Source: Dactylosporangium sp. (GTDB lineage Bacteria; Actinomycetota; Actinomycetes; Mycobacteriales; Micromonosporaceae). From it: 64,000 bases of DNA. Positions 47,984 to 57,240 of the stretch are shown in pieces (position 1 is the first letter of the stretch; each line of letters opens with the position of its first letter). Under the pieces are notes generated by a model. It worked only from the letters and a program-made list of their open reading frames with translations, had not been told where the DNA came from and did not search any database. Position numbers and translations under genes: made by a program. The stretch lies in contig JABDRL010000167.1 of the NCBI GenBank assembly GCA_013041765.1, positions 706 through 64,705 of the forward strand. Reading direction: 5' to 3'.

Positions 47984-48757
47984 CTATTCCAGCCGTTGGC
48001 GAAGGTAGGCGATATCGGCGGTCTGGCCGGCCGCTCCGCCTGGTGTCTCAACAATGACGGGTGCTCCGGCCCGCCGGACGACGTCAACGATGAGGTCCGG
48101 GTCGATGGTTCCGGCGGTGAGGTTGTCATGCCGGTCCCTGCGGGAATCGAAGCTGTCTTTCGCGTTGTTCGCGTGGACCAGGTCGATCCTTCCGGTGATG
48201 GCCCTGACCCGGTCGACAATGCCGGGCAGTTCCTCCCCACCGCAGAACGCGTGGCAGGTGTCCAGGCAGAAACCGGCACCGTACTCGCCGACGGCGTCCC
48301 AGAGCCGGGCGAGGACGTCGAAGCGCCTCGCACAGGCGTGGTCACCCCCGGCCGTGTTCTCGATGAGTACCGGAGTTGCGAAGCCACCGTTGCCCGCGGC
48401 CCGCTCGAAGGCCTTGCGCCAGTTGTCGATGCCGGTGGCGATGTCATGGCCCTTGGGGACGTGGCCGCCGTGGACCACGATGCCCCGCGCCCCGAGGCCG
48501 GCGGCCGCGGCGGCCTGCGCTGTGAGCAGGTTCCTGCTGGGAATGCGGACACGGTTGTTGGGGGTGGCCACGTTGATGACGTAGGGCGCGTGGATGAAGA
48601 TATCGATCCCTGCCGCCCGGATGGCGGCCGCGTCCGGTCTTGCCGCCGGCTTGTCCCAACTCTGCGGGTTTCCGAGGAAGAGCTGGACGACGTCGGCGTT
48701 GCGCAGCGCGGCCTCCGTCAATGGGTTTGTGCTGTCGACGTGGGCACCGATACGCAT
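47984..48757 (-). CDS. nfo: Deoxyribonuclease IV (endonuclease IV)
   Basis: MRIGAHV..IFIHAPYVINVATP..IVVHGGH..VLIENTAGG..FCLDTCHAF..DLVHANNAKD..DRHDNL.. is the metal-ligand pattern of the Nfo/AP endonuclease 2 TIM barrel. Confidence 0.9.
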   Translation of the reverse strand: MRIGAHVDSTNPLTEAALRNADVVQLFLGNPQSWDKPAARPDAAAIRAAGIDIFIHAPYVINVATPNNRVRIPSRNLLTAQAAAAAGLGARGIVVHGGHVPKGHDIATGIDNWRKAFERAAGNGGFATPVLIENTAGGDHACARRFDVLARLWDAVGEYGAGFCLDTCHAFCGGEELPGIVDRVRAITGRIDLVHANNAKDSFDSRRDRHDNLTAGTIDPDLIVDVVRRAGAPVIVETPGGAAGQTADIAYLRQRLE

Positions 48758-49402
48758 GGCACCGAGCCTACGACGTCCGTCTGTGGATGGCGGTCCGGCT
48801 GCCGGACAAGTCCGACAAGATTATGATGCGTTCGCGTCACCGCCCCTCACCATGGCTCGTTGTACAGCACGAACACGTGAGGTTGCTCCCGCGGCGACGA
48901 GAGACTTTGGCGAGGTGGCGTGTGCTGTTCGTGCAGGGGTTGACGGGGGGCGTGACCATTGCCGCCACCGCGTCGACCGGCGAACCGGACGGTGTGCTCG
49001 CCGCTGTCGCATCGGTCTGTGCCGTGGGAGTCAGTATTGCCGCGATTCACGCAGTACTTGCATATCGATTGCTATGTCACAATAAATGAATGTGCTGCGG
49101 TGCGAAGCTCCGCGGGGCGTCGTTGTTCCACCTGAACCGGTGTGGTCGTTCCTCCCCAGGTCCCACCCAGCTACGGCGAGCAACGCGCCCCGCGGTCTTT
49201 TTTGTGGCAATTTCACGCTGTTTGGGGGCAGGAATCGGCGATGCCCCGGGTGTCGGAACGGGCACGCCGGTCGGTCCGCTATCCTTGACCAGTTCCCTGG
49301 CTGGCCAGGTGCCATCCTGGTGCTTGTGGCTGGCGGGTGAATGCACGACCTCCTGCCGCGGATCGACCGCGGTCGTTTCAGTCCAGAGGGGGTAAGCGCG
49401 TC

Positions 49403-49693
49403 TTGCGTCACTACGAAGTCATGGTGATCCTTGACGGCAGTCTCGAGGAACGCACTGTCGCACCGTCGCTTGACACCTATCTCAATGTGGTGCGCACAGC
49501 GGGTGGCTCGGTGGAGAAGCTCGACGTCTGGGGCCGTCGGCGCCTGGCGTACGAGATCGAGAAGAAGGCCGAGGGCATCTACGCCGTTATCGATCTCCAT
49601 GCGACGCCGGAAACGGTCGCCGAGTTGGATCGTCAACTGCGGCTGAACGAGTCGGTACTACGTACCAAGGTCATTCGGCCAGAAGTCCGGTAG
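49403..49693 (+). CDS. rpsF: 30S ribosomal protein S6
   Basis: A TTG start at 49403 gives (M)[51 protein letters not shown].. A GAGGGGG sequence lies about 10 nt upstream. Confidence 0.9.
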   Translation: MRHYEVMVILDGSLEERTVAPSLDTYLNVVRTAGGSVEKLDVWGRRRLAYEIEKKAEGIYAVIDLHATPETVAELDRQLRLNESVLRTKVIRPEVR

Positions 49694-49794
49694 CGGGCGT
49701 ACCAGCCGAGTCCGATCCCGATCTCTGCGGCGCTGTTCCTGTCGTACCAGTGTGACAGCGTTGTCGGAACACGACAGTTGCGCGAGGAGTGATC

Positions 49795-50298
49795 ATGGCA
49801 GGAGAAACCACGATTACGGTTATCGGGAACCTGACCGATGACCCCGAACTGCGTTTCACCCCGTCGGGTGCGGCGGTGGCCAAGTTCCGCGTCGCGTCAA
49901 CGCCACGGTTCCTGGACCGTACCTCCGGGGAATGGAAGGACGGCGAGGCGCTGTTCCTGTCCTGCACCGTGTGGCGGCAGGCCGCGGAGAACGCTGCCGA
50001 GTCGCTGCGCCGCGGTGCCCGTGTCATTGTCTCCGGTCGGCTTCGCCAGCGCTCCTATGAGACGCGTGAGGGCGAGAAGCGCACGGTCATCGAACTGGAA
50101 GTCGACGAGATCGGCCCATCGCTGCGCTATGCGACAGCGAAGGTGCAGAAGATGTCGCGCGGCTCCGGCGGCGGTCATGGTGCGTCGAACGCCTCGGGCG
50201 GCGGAGGATTCGCCGACGACCCGTGGGCGAGCGCGACCCCGGCTGGCGGATCGGGCTCTCAAACCTCTTCCTCGTTCGACGACGAGCCTCCGTTCTAG
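49795..50298 (+). CDS. ssb: Single-stranded DNA-binding protein
   Basis: [36 protein letters not shown].. (OB fold), a Gly-rich linker and the C-terminal acidic tip DDEPPF. A GAGGAG sequence lies 5 nt upstream of ATG 49795. Confidence 0.95.
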   Translation: MAGETTITVIGNLTDDPELRFTPSGAAVAKFRVASTPRFLDRTSGEWKDGEALFLSCTVWRQAAENAAESLRRGARVIVSGRLRQRSYETREGEKRTVIELEVDEIGPSLRYATAKVQKMSRGSGGGHGASNASGGGGFADDPWASATPAGGSGSQTSSSFDDEPPF

Positions 50299-50319
50299 CA
50301 ACGCACTGGAGTAGAAACC

Positions 50320-50559
50320 ATGGCGAAGCCCGCCACGCTACGCAAGCCAAAGAAGAAGGTGAACCCTCTCGACAAGGAGGGCATCACCTACATCGACTAC
50401 AAGGACACCGCTCTGCTGCGCAAGTTCATCTCCGACCGGGGGAAGATCCGCGCTCGGCGAGTGACCGGAGTAACCGCTCAGCAGCAGCGGCAGATCGCTC
50501 GCGCGGTCAAGAACGCTCGCGAGATGGCGCTGCTGCCGTACACCGCCACGGCACGCTGA
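50320..50559 (+). CDS. rpsR: 30S ribosomal protein S18
   Basis: ..[50 protein letters not shown]. Confidence 0.95.
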   Translation: MAKPATLRKPKKKVNPLDKEGITYIDYKDTALLRKFISDRGKIRARRVTGVTAQQQRQIARAVKNAREMALLPYTATAR

Positions 50560-50572
50560 GGGAGGGTCCGAT

Positions 50573-51019
50573 ATGAAGGTCATCCTGAAGCAGGAAGTGA
50601 CCGGGGTCGGCGCCCCCGGCGACATCGTTGAGGTCAAGGACGGTCACGGCCGCAACTACCTGCTGCCGCAGGGACTGGCGATCCAGTGGACCAAGGGTGC
50701 GGAGAAGCAGATCACGTTGATCAAGCGCGCCCGCTCGGCCCGCGAGATCCGTGATCTCGGGCACGCCAACGAGGTGCGGGCCAGGCTCGAGTCGCTCAAC
50801 GTCAAGCTCCCGGTGCGTGCCGGTGAGGGCGGCCGGCTGTACGGCTCGGTCACCCCGACCGACGTGGCGGCCGCGGTCAAGACCAGCGGCGGACCTGACC
50901 TTGACCGGCGGCGGCTGGAACTGCCTGGCGTGGTCAAGTCGGTCGGTGCGCACAAGATCCGCGTCAAACTGCATCCGGAGGTGTCGGCGACGTTCACGCT
51001 GACCGTCGTGCCGGCCTAG
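50573..51019 (+). CDS. rplI: 50S ribosomal protein L9
   Basis: MKVILKQEVTGVGAPGDIVEVKDGHGRNYLLPQGLAIQWT.. Confidence 0.95.
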   Translation: MKVILKQEVTGVGAPGDIVEVKDGHGRNYLLPQGLAIQWTKGAEKQITLIKRARSAREIRDLGHANEVRARLESLNVKLPVRAGEGGRLYGSVTPTDVAAAVKTSGGPDLDRRRLELPGVVKSVGAHKIRVKLHPEVSATFTLTVVPA

Positions 51020-51088
51020 CAGCCTCCGCGCAACGACGCTGGCCGCGGTCTGGGGCCGGCCCGTTCGATCGGGGATGTCTGGCTGAAG

Positions 51089-51132
51089 TGATGCTGCGGG
51101 CCGGCCACAAACGTGGCCGGCCCGCAGCATCA
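51089..51132. terminator. Bidirectional terminator-like hairpin between rplI and the convergent gene
   Basis: tgatgctgcgggccggccac-aaac-gtggccggcccgcagcatca has a perfect 20-bp stem and a 4-nt loop. Confidence 0.6.
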
Positions 51133-51169
51133 ACGGGTATCCGTACGAGGCCGACCTGGCATCCCCGGA

Positions 51170-52249
51170 TCAGGCGTGGCCGTAGGCGCTCCAGAAGACC
51201 GTGACAATACCGGCGGCCACCACGGCGGCGGCGAATCCAACGGTGGAGGAGCGCCAGCCGGCGGTGACTCGCCGCAGGATCAGCGCGACCAGGACGCTCA
51301 GCAACGCCGCCACCGCAACGACCGGGACGGCGTAGGGCAGGTCCTGCCAAGCGACGACGGACGGGGCGGCGCAGGGCTGGCCGTTGTTGTCGACACACCC
51401 ACCGTGCGGGCCACGTGCGAGGAACAGGGCCCAGCCGACGAATAGCGCCATTGGAAGGATGCACCAGACGAGTGCCGCCATGGCGGCACCACGGTACGTT
51501 CCGTCGCTTTCGAGTTCGTCCTCGTCCTCATCGCCGTCCGGGGAACTCAGGGGAACGACCGGCGGGGCGGTGCCTGCCGGTCGCGGTGGGCGTCGCCGCG
51601 TTGGGCCGGCCGGCGAGTCGTCCGGGGCGGTGACAACGGGCTGCGGGCCGAATCCCGCGGAGGGAGCAGGCTGACGGCGCGCCGGTTCGGGCCAGCCGGG
51701 ATCCGGCGGCACGGAATGCGGCGCGATGGGGGGTGCCGAACGCGGCGCCATCGGCGGCACGTAGGCGTGCGGGGCCTGACAGCCGGTGGTACCGCCGTAT
51801 TCGTTGGGCGCCGCATAGCCCGGGGATGCCACATGGCCGTTGGTGCCGCTGTAGCCGTTGGTGCCGCTGTAGCCGTTGGCCGGAGGCTGGGAAGAAGGCC
51901 AACGGCCGAAGCCGTCGGATGCGCCGGGTGCGGGATTCGGCGGATCGGCCTCGAAACGATCGGTCCTGGCGTCCTGGCCTGGCCTGGAGGGTATGGGATG
52001 CTCGGGCTCGCCCGGCTGCGGCCAATTGTGGTCTTGACGTAGCGTCAGGGGATCGACGAGGTCGTTGACCTCATCCAGACCGGCGGTCGGATGCGCCCCG
52101 GGATCTGATCGCTGGCGCGGAACCGGTGCTTGTCGCATCTCGGTCGTCGTCCACAGATCCCCGGTCTCCGGGTGCCCGTGCCGGGCCAGACGGGCAGCCA
52201 GCGGGTGCGGACGCGCCTCGCCCACTTCATCCCACTTCCCGTACCCCAT
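51170..52249 (-). CDS. Pro-rich membrane protein of unknown function
   Basis: MGYGKWDEV.. opens a long Pro/Gly-rich region with NGYSGT repeats. An acidic patch follows (DGDEDEDELESD), then 3 C-terminal TM helices. The start is taken at ATG 52249; the listed ORF extends into the DnaA-box region. Confidence 0.6.
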   Translation of the reverse strand: MGYGKWDEVGEARPHPLAARLARHGHPETGDLWTTTEMRQAPVPRQRSDPGAHPTAGLDEVNDLVDPLTLRQDHNWPQPGEPEHPIPSRPGQDARTDRFEADPPNPAPGASDGFGRWPSSQPPANGYSGTNGYSGTNGHVASPGYAAPNEYGGTTGCQAPHAYVPPMAPRSAPPIAPHSVPPDPGWPEPARRQPAPSAGFGPQPVVTAPDDSPAGPTRRRPPRPAGTAPPVVPLSSPDGDEDEDELESDGTYRGAAMAALVWCILPMALFVGWALFLARGPHGGCVDNNGQPCAAPSVVAWQDLPYAVPVVAVAALLSVLVALILRRVTAGWRSSTVGFAAAVVAAGIVTVFWSAYGHA

Positions 52250-52379
52250 GACTGAAGCGTGACGTGTTCGAGATGCGATTGCTATCCGTCGGACCGTTAG
52301 ATCTTGAGCTTGGTCGACATGCGCCTGGTTTGTAACCAAACGTCGTGCACTGAACTGGGTGATCTGCGGAAAGTTTCTT

Positions 52380-52520
52380 TTATCCACAGCCTGGGGATTG
52401 TGTTTCCGCAGCTCAGGGCATGTTCGTGATGATCCGTCCCCAGTTTTGTCCACAGGTTGTGCACAGTCATTCCCCGTTTGCGGTCCTGTTCTCCACAGGT
52501 TGTCCCAAGCACCATCCACT
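52380..52520 (+). promoter_or_regulatory. DnaA-box cluster upstream of dnaB
   Basis: Perfect TTATCCACA at 52380-52388 and perfect TTGTCCACA at 52446-52454. Near matches: TTGTGCACA 52457-52465, TTCTCCACA 52489-52497, TTGTCCCAA 52500-52508 and CCATCCACT 52512-52520. All are in the same orientation. Confidence 0.6.
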
Positions 52521-52647
52521 GGCCGGTTTGAAGCTTGGGCCGGCGATCCCTAACGTGGGCTACGCCGCAACCGCGCGGCGGCTATGTCGCACCCATGTCG
52601 CACCCATTCGGTATCGGCGCTGCTTGGAGCGACGTGTGGAGGGCGAC

Positions 52648-55038
52648 GTGTCGATCACCGACGATGCCACAGCAGAGGGGGCGAGAGGCACCGAATCGCC
52701 CACATCGGGGCCGCCAGAGGCCGACCGGCGTGGTTCGGTCGTCCCCGCCGGTAATGTTCCCTTCGAACGCACGCCTCCCCAGGACGTCGCGGCTGAGCAG
52801 TGTGCCCTCGGCGGCATGTTGCTGTCCAAAGACGCGATCGCCGACGTGGTCGAGATCCTGCGGGCCGGCGACTTCTACCGCCCGGTGCACACCCTCGTGT
52901 TCGAAGCGATTCTTGATCTGTACGGGCGGGGGGAACCCGCTGATCCGATCACCGTCGCCGCCGCGCTGGCGGACGCGGGCACCCTGGCCAAGGCCGGGGG
53001 GGCACCCTACCTGCATACGCTGATCGCCAGTGTTCCGACCGCGGCGAACGCCGGCTACTACGCGCGCATCGTGGCCGAGCGCGCGGTGCTGCGACGCCTC
53101 GTGGAAGCCGGGACCAGGATCGCCCAGCTCGGTTATGGCGCCGGTGGCGGCGGACGCGATGTCGACGATGTGGTGGACCTCGCTCAGCAGGCCGTCTACG
53201 ACGTCACCGAGAAGCGGATCAGCGAGGACTTCGCCATTCTCGCGGACATGCTGCAGCCGACGCTCGACGAGATCGAAGCGGTTGGCGCGCAGGGCGGCGT
53301 GATGACCGGCGTGCCGACCGGCTTCACCGACCTCGACCGGCTGCTCAACGGGCTGCATCCCGGACAGCTGATCATCGTTGCCGGACGCCCCGGCCTCGGC
53401 AAGTGCCTGGCCGCCGATGCGCTGGTGACAGAGGCCCGCACGGGGGAACGGATTCCGATCGCGGATTTCGTCCGCAGGGGACGCTCCGGTGAAGCCCTGA
53501 CGGTGCATTCGCTCACCAGCGACTGGACAATCACCCAGGTGACGCCGGATGACTTCGTGTCGAACGGGGTGCGTCAGGTCCACCGGCTCACCACCGAGTC
53601 GGGCCGGACCGTCCGGGCAACGGCCAACCACCCGTTCCTGGCGGCAACGGGCTGGCAGCCCCTGGAACGCCTGCGGGTCGGCGACCGCATCGCCGTGGCC
53701 GGCCCGCCACCGTATCGGGCCGCGACGGCTGGTGTGCCCGCAGGACCGGCCGGTGGCGAGGTGACCCTGGAACGCATCACGTCGATCGAAGCGGCGGGCC
53801 CCGCGGACGTCTACGACCTGACCGTCGACGCGACGAGCAATTTCGTCGCCGGCGGCATCGTCGTGCACAACTCGACGGCGGCGATGGATTTCGCCCGCTC
53901 CGCATCGGTACGAGGCAACCAGGCGAGTGCCATCTTCAGCCTGGAAATGAGCAAGGTCGAAATCGTCATGCGGCTGCTGTCCGCAGAGGCGAAGGTGCCA
54001 CTGCACGTGCTGCGGTCCGGTCAGCTGTCCGACGACGACTGGACCAAGCTCGCTCGCCGGATGGGCGAGATCAGCGAGGCTCCGTTGTTTGTCGATGACA
54101 CGCCGAACATGACGTTGATGGAGATCCGGGCGAAGGCCCGACGCCTTCGGCAGCGGAATGACCTCAAGCTGATAGTGGTGGACTACCTTCAGCTGATGAC
54201 GAGTCCGAAGCGGATCGAAAGCCGTCAGCAGGAGGTCGCGGATCTCTCTCGTGGGTTGAAGCTGCTGGCCAAGGAAGTCGAGTGTCCGGTGATCGCCGTC
54301 AGCCAGCTCAACCGCGGGCCGGAGCAGCGTACGGACAAGCGCCCTCAGCTGTCCGATCTGCGGGAATCCGGGTGCATGACGGCGGACACCACGTTGCTGC
54401 GGGCCGATACCGGCGTGGCGATCAGCTTCGCGGAACTGCTGCGGGACGGCTGTGACGGCGTGACGGTCTGGTCGCTGGGCGACCGGGGCCTGGTGGCCGC
54501 ACCGCTGCTCGATGTCTTCGCTTCCGGGGTCAAGGAGGTCTTCGGGCTGACCCTCGCTTCCGGCCGGCACGTCAAGGCCTCGGCGAATCATCCCTTCCTG
54601 ACCCCGTCCGGGTGGAAGCCCCTGGGGACCCTGGCGGTCGGCGACCACCTGGCGGTGCCACGCCGCGTGCCCGATCCCGTCGGGGCCGAGACCGACCAGG
54701 ACGTTGTCCACCCCGAACCGATCCATATCGGCGATATCGACGACGTCGCCTGGGACCCGGTGGTGTCGATCGAGCCCCTCGGGACGCGGCCCGTCTTCGA
54801 CGCGACGGTCGGTGGCACCCACAACTTCATCGCGGACGGGATTATCGCGCACAACTCGATTGAGCAGGACGCGGATGTGGTGATTCTGCTGCACCGGGAC
54901 GACTACTACGACAAGGAATCACCACGGGCGGGAGAGGCCGACTTCATTGTCGCGAAGCACCGGAACGGTCCGACCGACACCGTGACGGTAGCGGCTCAGC
55001 TGCACTTTTCGCGGTTTGTGGACATGGCGATCAACTGA
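52648..55038 (+). CDS. dnaB: Replicative DNA helicase DnaB, interrupted by two mini-inteins (extein about 479 aa)
   Basis: ..PPQDVAAEQCALGGMLLSKDAIADVVEIL..FYRPVHTLVFEAILDLY.., Walker A GRPGLGK|intein 1|ST.., ..IVVDYLQLM.., ..LSDLRESG|intein 2|SIEQDADVVILLHRDDYY.. The start is proposed at GTG 52648 (GGAGGG lies 4-5 nt upstream). The ORF opens at 52420. Confidence 0.95.
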   Translation: MSITDDATAEGARGTESPTSGPPEADRRGSVVPAGNVPFERTPPQDVAAEQCALGGMLLSKDAIADVVEILRAGDFYRPVHTLVFEAILDLYGRGEPADPITVAAALADAGTLAKAGGAPYLHTLIASVPTAANAGYYARIVAERAVLRRLVEAGTRIAQLGYGAGGGGRDVDDVVDLAQQAVYDVTEKRISEDFAILADMLQPTLDEIEAVGAQGGVMTGVPTGFTDLDRLLNGLHPGQLIIVAGRPGLGKCLAADALVTEARTGERIPIADFVRRGRSGEALTVHSLTSDWTITQVTPDDFVSNGVRQVHRLTTESGRTVRATANHPFLAATGWQPLERLRVGDRIAVAGPPPYRAATAGVPAGPAGGEVTLERITSIEAAGPADVYDLTVDATSNFVAGGIVVHNSTAAMDFARSASVRGNQASAIFSLEMSKVEIVMRLLSAEAKVPLHVLRSGQLSDDDWTKLARRMGEISEAPLFVDDTPNMTLMEIRAKARRLRQRNDLKLIVVDYLQLMTSPKRIESRQQEVADLSRGLKLLAKEVECPVIAVSQLNRGPEQRTDKRPQLSDLRESGCMTADTTLLRADTGVAISFAELLRDGCDGVTVWSLGDRGLVAAPLLDVFASGVKEVFGLTLASGRHVKASANHPFLTPSGWKPLGTLAVGDHLAVPRRVPDPVGAETDQDVVHPEPIHIGDIDDVAWDPVVSIEPLGTRPVFDATVGGTHNFIADGIIAHNSIEQDADVVILLHRDDYYDKESPRAGEADFIVAKHRNGPTDTVTVAAQLHFSRFVDMAIN
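53404..53871 (+). mobile_element. DnaB mini-intein 1 (156 aa) inserted in the Walker A P-loop
   Basis: It starts with Cys (CLAADALV) after GRPGLGK, has block B ATANHPFL, and ends GGIVVHN followed by Ser. No endonuclease domain is present. Confidence 0.9.
54373..54855 (+). mobile_element. DnaB mini-intein 2 (161 aa) at the LSDLRESG|SIEQDAD site
   Basis: It starts with Cys (CMTADTTLL), has block B ASANHPFL, and ends DGIIAHN followed by Ser. No endonuclease domain is present. Confidence 0.9.
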
Positions 55039-55250
55039 GATATCCACCGGTCGATGCGTCCGCGCGGGGACCGTTCGTCGGGCATCGGCTGGCGCGGTAG
55101 CCTGACAACCGCGTTAGCGCTTGTCACTCATTGACGTGGCGGAAGGTGACCGCGTGGTCCATGCCCCGGGGCGCGAGGATTCGTTGGCGTCGGGCCGGGC
55201 CGCGGGTGAGCCAGAATGATCCGCGCGACGTGGACCATGGGGTGGAGATG

Positions 55251-57200
55251 CTCGGCAGATGGTCCGTGCGGCGGGTGACAGCACTGGCCGCCGTGCTCGG
55301 GCTGGCCTTGGGGCTGGCCGCGCTTGCGGCCCTGACGATCTGGGGCGCTGGCGCCAGCCGGGCGATGACCGATCGGGTGCGCGGGTTCAACGAGGCCGGT
55401 GCCCACTGGAATCTGGTGTTTGTCCACTTGAACGAGGAAGACGCCGCGCTGCGGGAGTTCCTGGCCACCGGGGGCAGCCCGCCTCGGCGAGAGCCGCTGC
55501 AACGGGTGATTGGCTCGGCCAACGTCGATCTGGAGTGGCTGAAGCGACACGGCGACCAGGTCGAGATCAGCCATGTGGACATGCTGACCGTCGGCTACGC
55601 CGATTACACCAGGGTCCTCACGCTGATTCTGGAGTCTCCGGAGAAGAGCGATGAACTGTCCGATTACGGGGCGCTGGCTCTGCTGGAGATCGGTCCGCTG
55701 CGCGACCAGGTCGTTGCGAACGTCGAACGAAAGCAGCGGGAGTTGGCCCAGTACCTGGTGGCGGTCGATCGGGACAGCAGGACTCTGCGCTGGGTGACCG
55801 GTGGCGTCGTCACGGTCGATCTGCTGCTGTGCGTGGTGAGCATGGCGTTCCTGGTCGCGAACCAGCAACGAGCCGAGCGCGAGGCGTTCAGCAGCCGGCA
55901 CCAGGCCCTGCATGACGCGTTGACCGGCCTGGCCAATCGTCAGCTGCTGGCCGACCGCATCGGATCGGCCATCCAGGAGGCCGGACGAACCGAGCACCTC
56001 GTTGGACTGCTGCTTGTTGATCTTGATCGGTTCAAGGCGGTCAATGACACCCTGGGGCACCAGTGCGGTGACCTGCTGCTGCAACAGGTCGCCCAGCGGC
56101 TGGTTCGGTCCGTTCGAGAAACCGATACCGTCGCCCGGCTGGGGGGCGACGAGTTCGCCGTCCTGCTGCCCGACCTGGACGCGTCCGAGAACCTGTCGAG
56201 GATCGCCGGCGAGATCCGGCGCGCGGTCCAGCAGCCGGTCGAGCTGAACGGCCTGATGGTCGACTTCGGCGCGAGTATCGGTGCCTCGGTCTACCCCGAC
56301 GACAGCGCGACCGGGGAAGAGCTCCTGCGCCATGCCGATGTCGCCATGTACGTCGCGAAGCGGGGTGGGCTCGGCGTCAACACCTATGACCGGGACAGCG
56401 ACGCCTATGATCCCAGAACGCTGTCGATGCTCAGCGAGTTGCGACACGGCATCGAGCGTGGCGAACTCGTCCTGTACTACCAGCCGAAGGCCAGCGCGTT
56501 CGACCGCTCGGTGCTCGGCGTCGAGGCCCTGGTGCGGTGGTATCACCCGTCCCGGGGCATGCTGGCTCCCCAGGACTTCCTGCCGATCGCCGAGCGCGGT
56601 GAACTGATCGAGCAGCTGACCGACGCGGTGCTACAGACGGCGATCCGCCAAGCGGGCCACTGGGTGGCGGCCGGGACCAGGCTGCCCGTTTCCGTGAACG
56701 TCGCGGCCAGGTCCGTGCTCGATTCGACCTTTCCGTCACGGGTGGCTCAGCTTCTGGAGATCTATGATGTTCCACCCGACCTGCTGACCGTCGAGCTGAC
56801 CGAAAGCGTCATCGCGGCGGATCCGCAGCTGGCGGCCAAGGCCCTCCAGGAGGTCCGGGCGCTCGGTGTGCATGTATCGATCGACGACTTCGGCGCGGGC
56901 TACTCCTCGATGGCGTTTCTGCGGGACATACCGGTCGATGAGGTGAAGATCGATCGCGGTTTTGTCACCACGATGAGGACGGATGAGCGCAACCACCTGC
57001 TGGTCAAGGCCATGGTGGTGCTGGCGAGGAACCTGATGTTGACCGTCGTCGCCGAGGGGGTCGAGGACGAGCTGACCCTGGAAACCCTTCGCGGGCTGGG
57101 TTGTCAGGTCGTGCAGGGCTACTACATCGGCGAGCCGATGCCTCCCGGCGATCTTGGTCGGTGGCTGGATGGCCAGTCGTCGGTGGCGGCGACGCGGTAG
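55251..57200 (+). CDS. Membrane sensor diguanylate cyclase/phosphodiesterase (GGDEF-EAL)
   Basis: Two TM helices flank a helical extracytoplasmic sensor region. It has GGDEF (RETDTVARLGGDEFAVLL, with an RxxD I-site) and EAL (GVEALVRWYHP.., DDFGAGYSS, EGVED). The start is uncertain; the ORF opens at 55131. Confidence 0.88.
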   Translation, partial: LGRWSVRRVTALAAVLGLALGLAALAALTIWGAGASRAMTDRVRGFNEAGAHWNLVFVHLNEEDAALREFLATGGSPPRREPLQRVIGSANVDLEWLKRHGDQVEISHVDMLTVGYADYTRVLTLILESPEKSDELSDYGALALLEIGPLRDQVVANVERKQRELAQYLVAVDRDSRTLRWVTGGVVTVDLLLCVVSMAFLVANQQRAEREAFSSRHQALHDALTGLANRQLLADRIGSAIQEAGRTEHLVGLLLVDLDRFKAVNDTLGHQCGDLLLQQVAQRLVRSVRETDTVARLGGDEFAVLLPDLDASENLSRIAGEIRRAVQQPVELNGLMVDFGASIGASVYPDDSATGEELLRHADVAMYVAKRGGLGVNTYDRDSDAYDPRTLSMLSELRHGIERGELVLYYQPKASAFDRSVLGVEALVRWYHPSRGMLAPQDFLPIAERGELIEQLTDAVLQTAIRQAGHWVAAGTRLPVSVNVAARSVLDSTFPSRVAQLLEIYDVPPDLLTVELTESVIAADPQLAAKALQEVRALGVHVSIDDFGAGYSSMAFLRDIPVDEVKIDRGFVTTMRTDERNHLLVKAMVVLARNLMLTVVAEGVEDELTLETLRGLGCQVVQGYYIGEPMPPGDLGRWLDGQSSVAATR

Positions 57201-57240
57201 CCGGTGCCGGCTTGGGGCGGGTCTCTCCGCGAGACGCACC

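Noticed and set aside
49031-49636. 201-aa minus-strand ORF
   Set aside because: It is antisense to rpsF and its leader. The S6 translation on the plus strand is unambiguous.
52582-54894. 770-aa minus-strand ORF
   Set aside because: It is antisense to dnaB and both of its inteins.
55128-56546. 472-aa minus-strand ORF
   Set aside because: It is antisense to the GGDEF-EAL gene, whose plus-strand frame carries intact GGDEF and EAL motifs.
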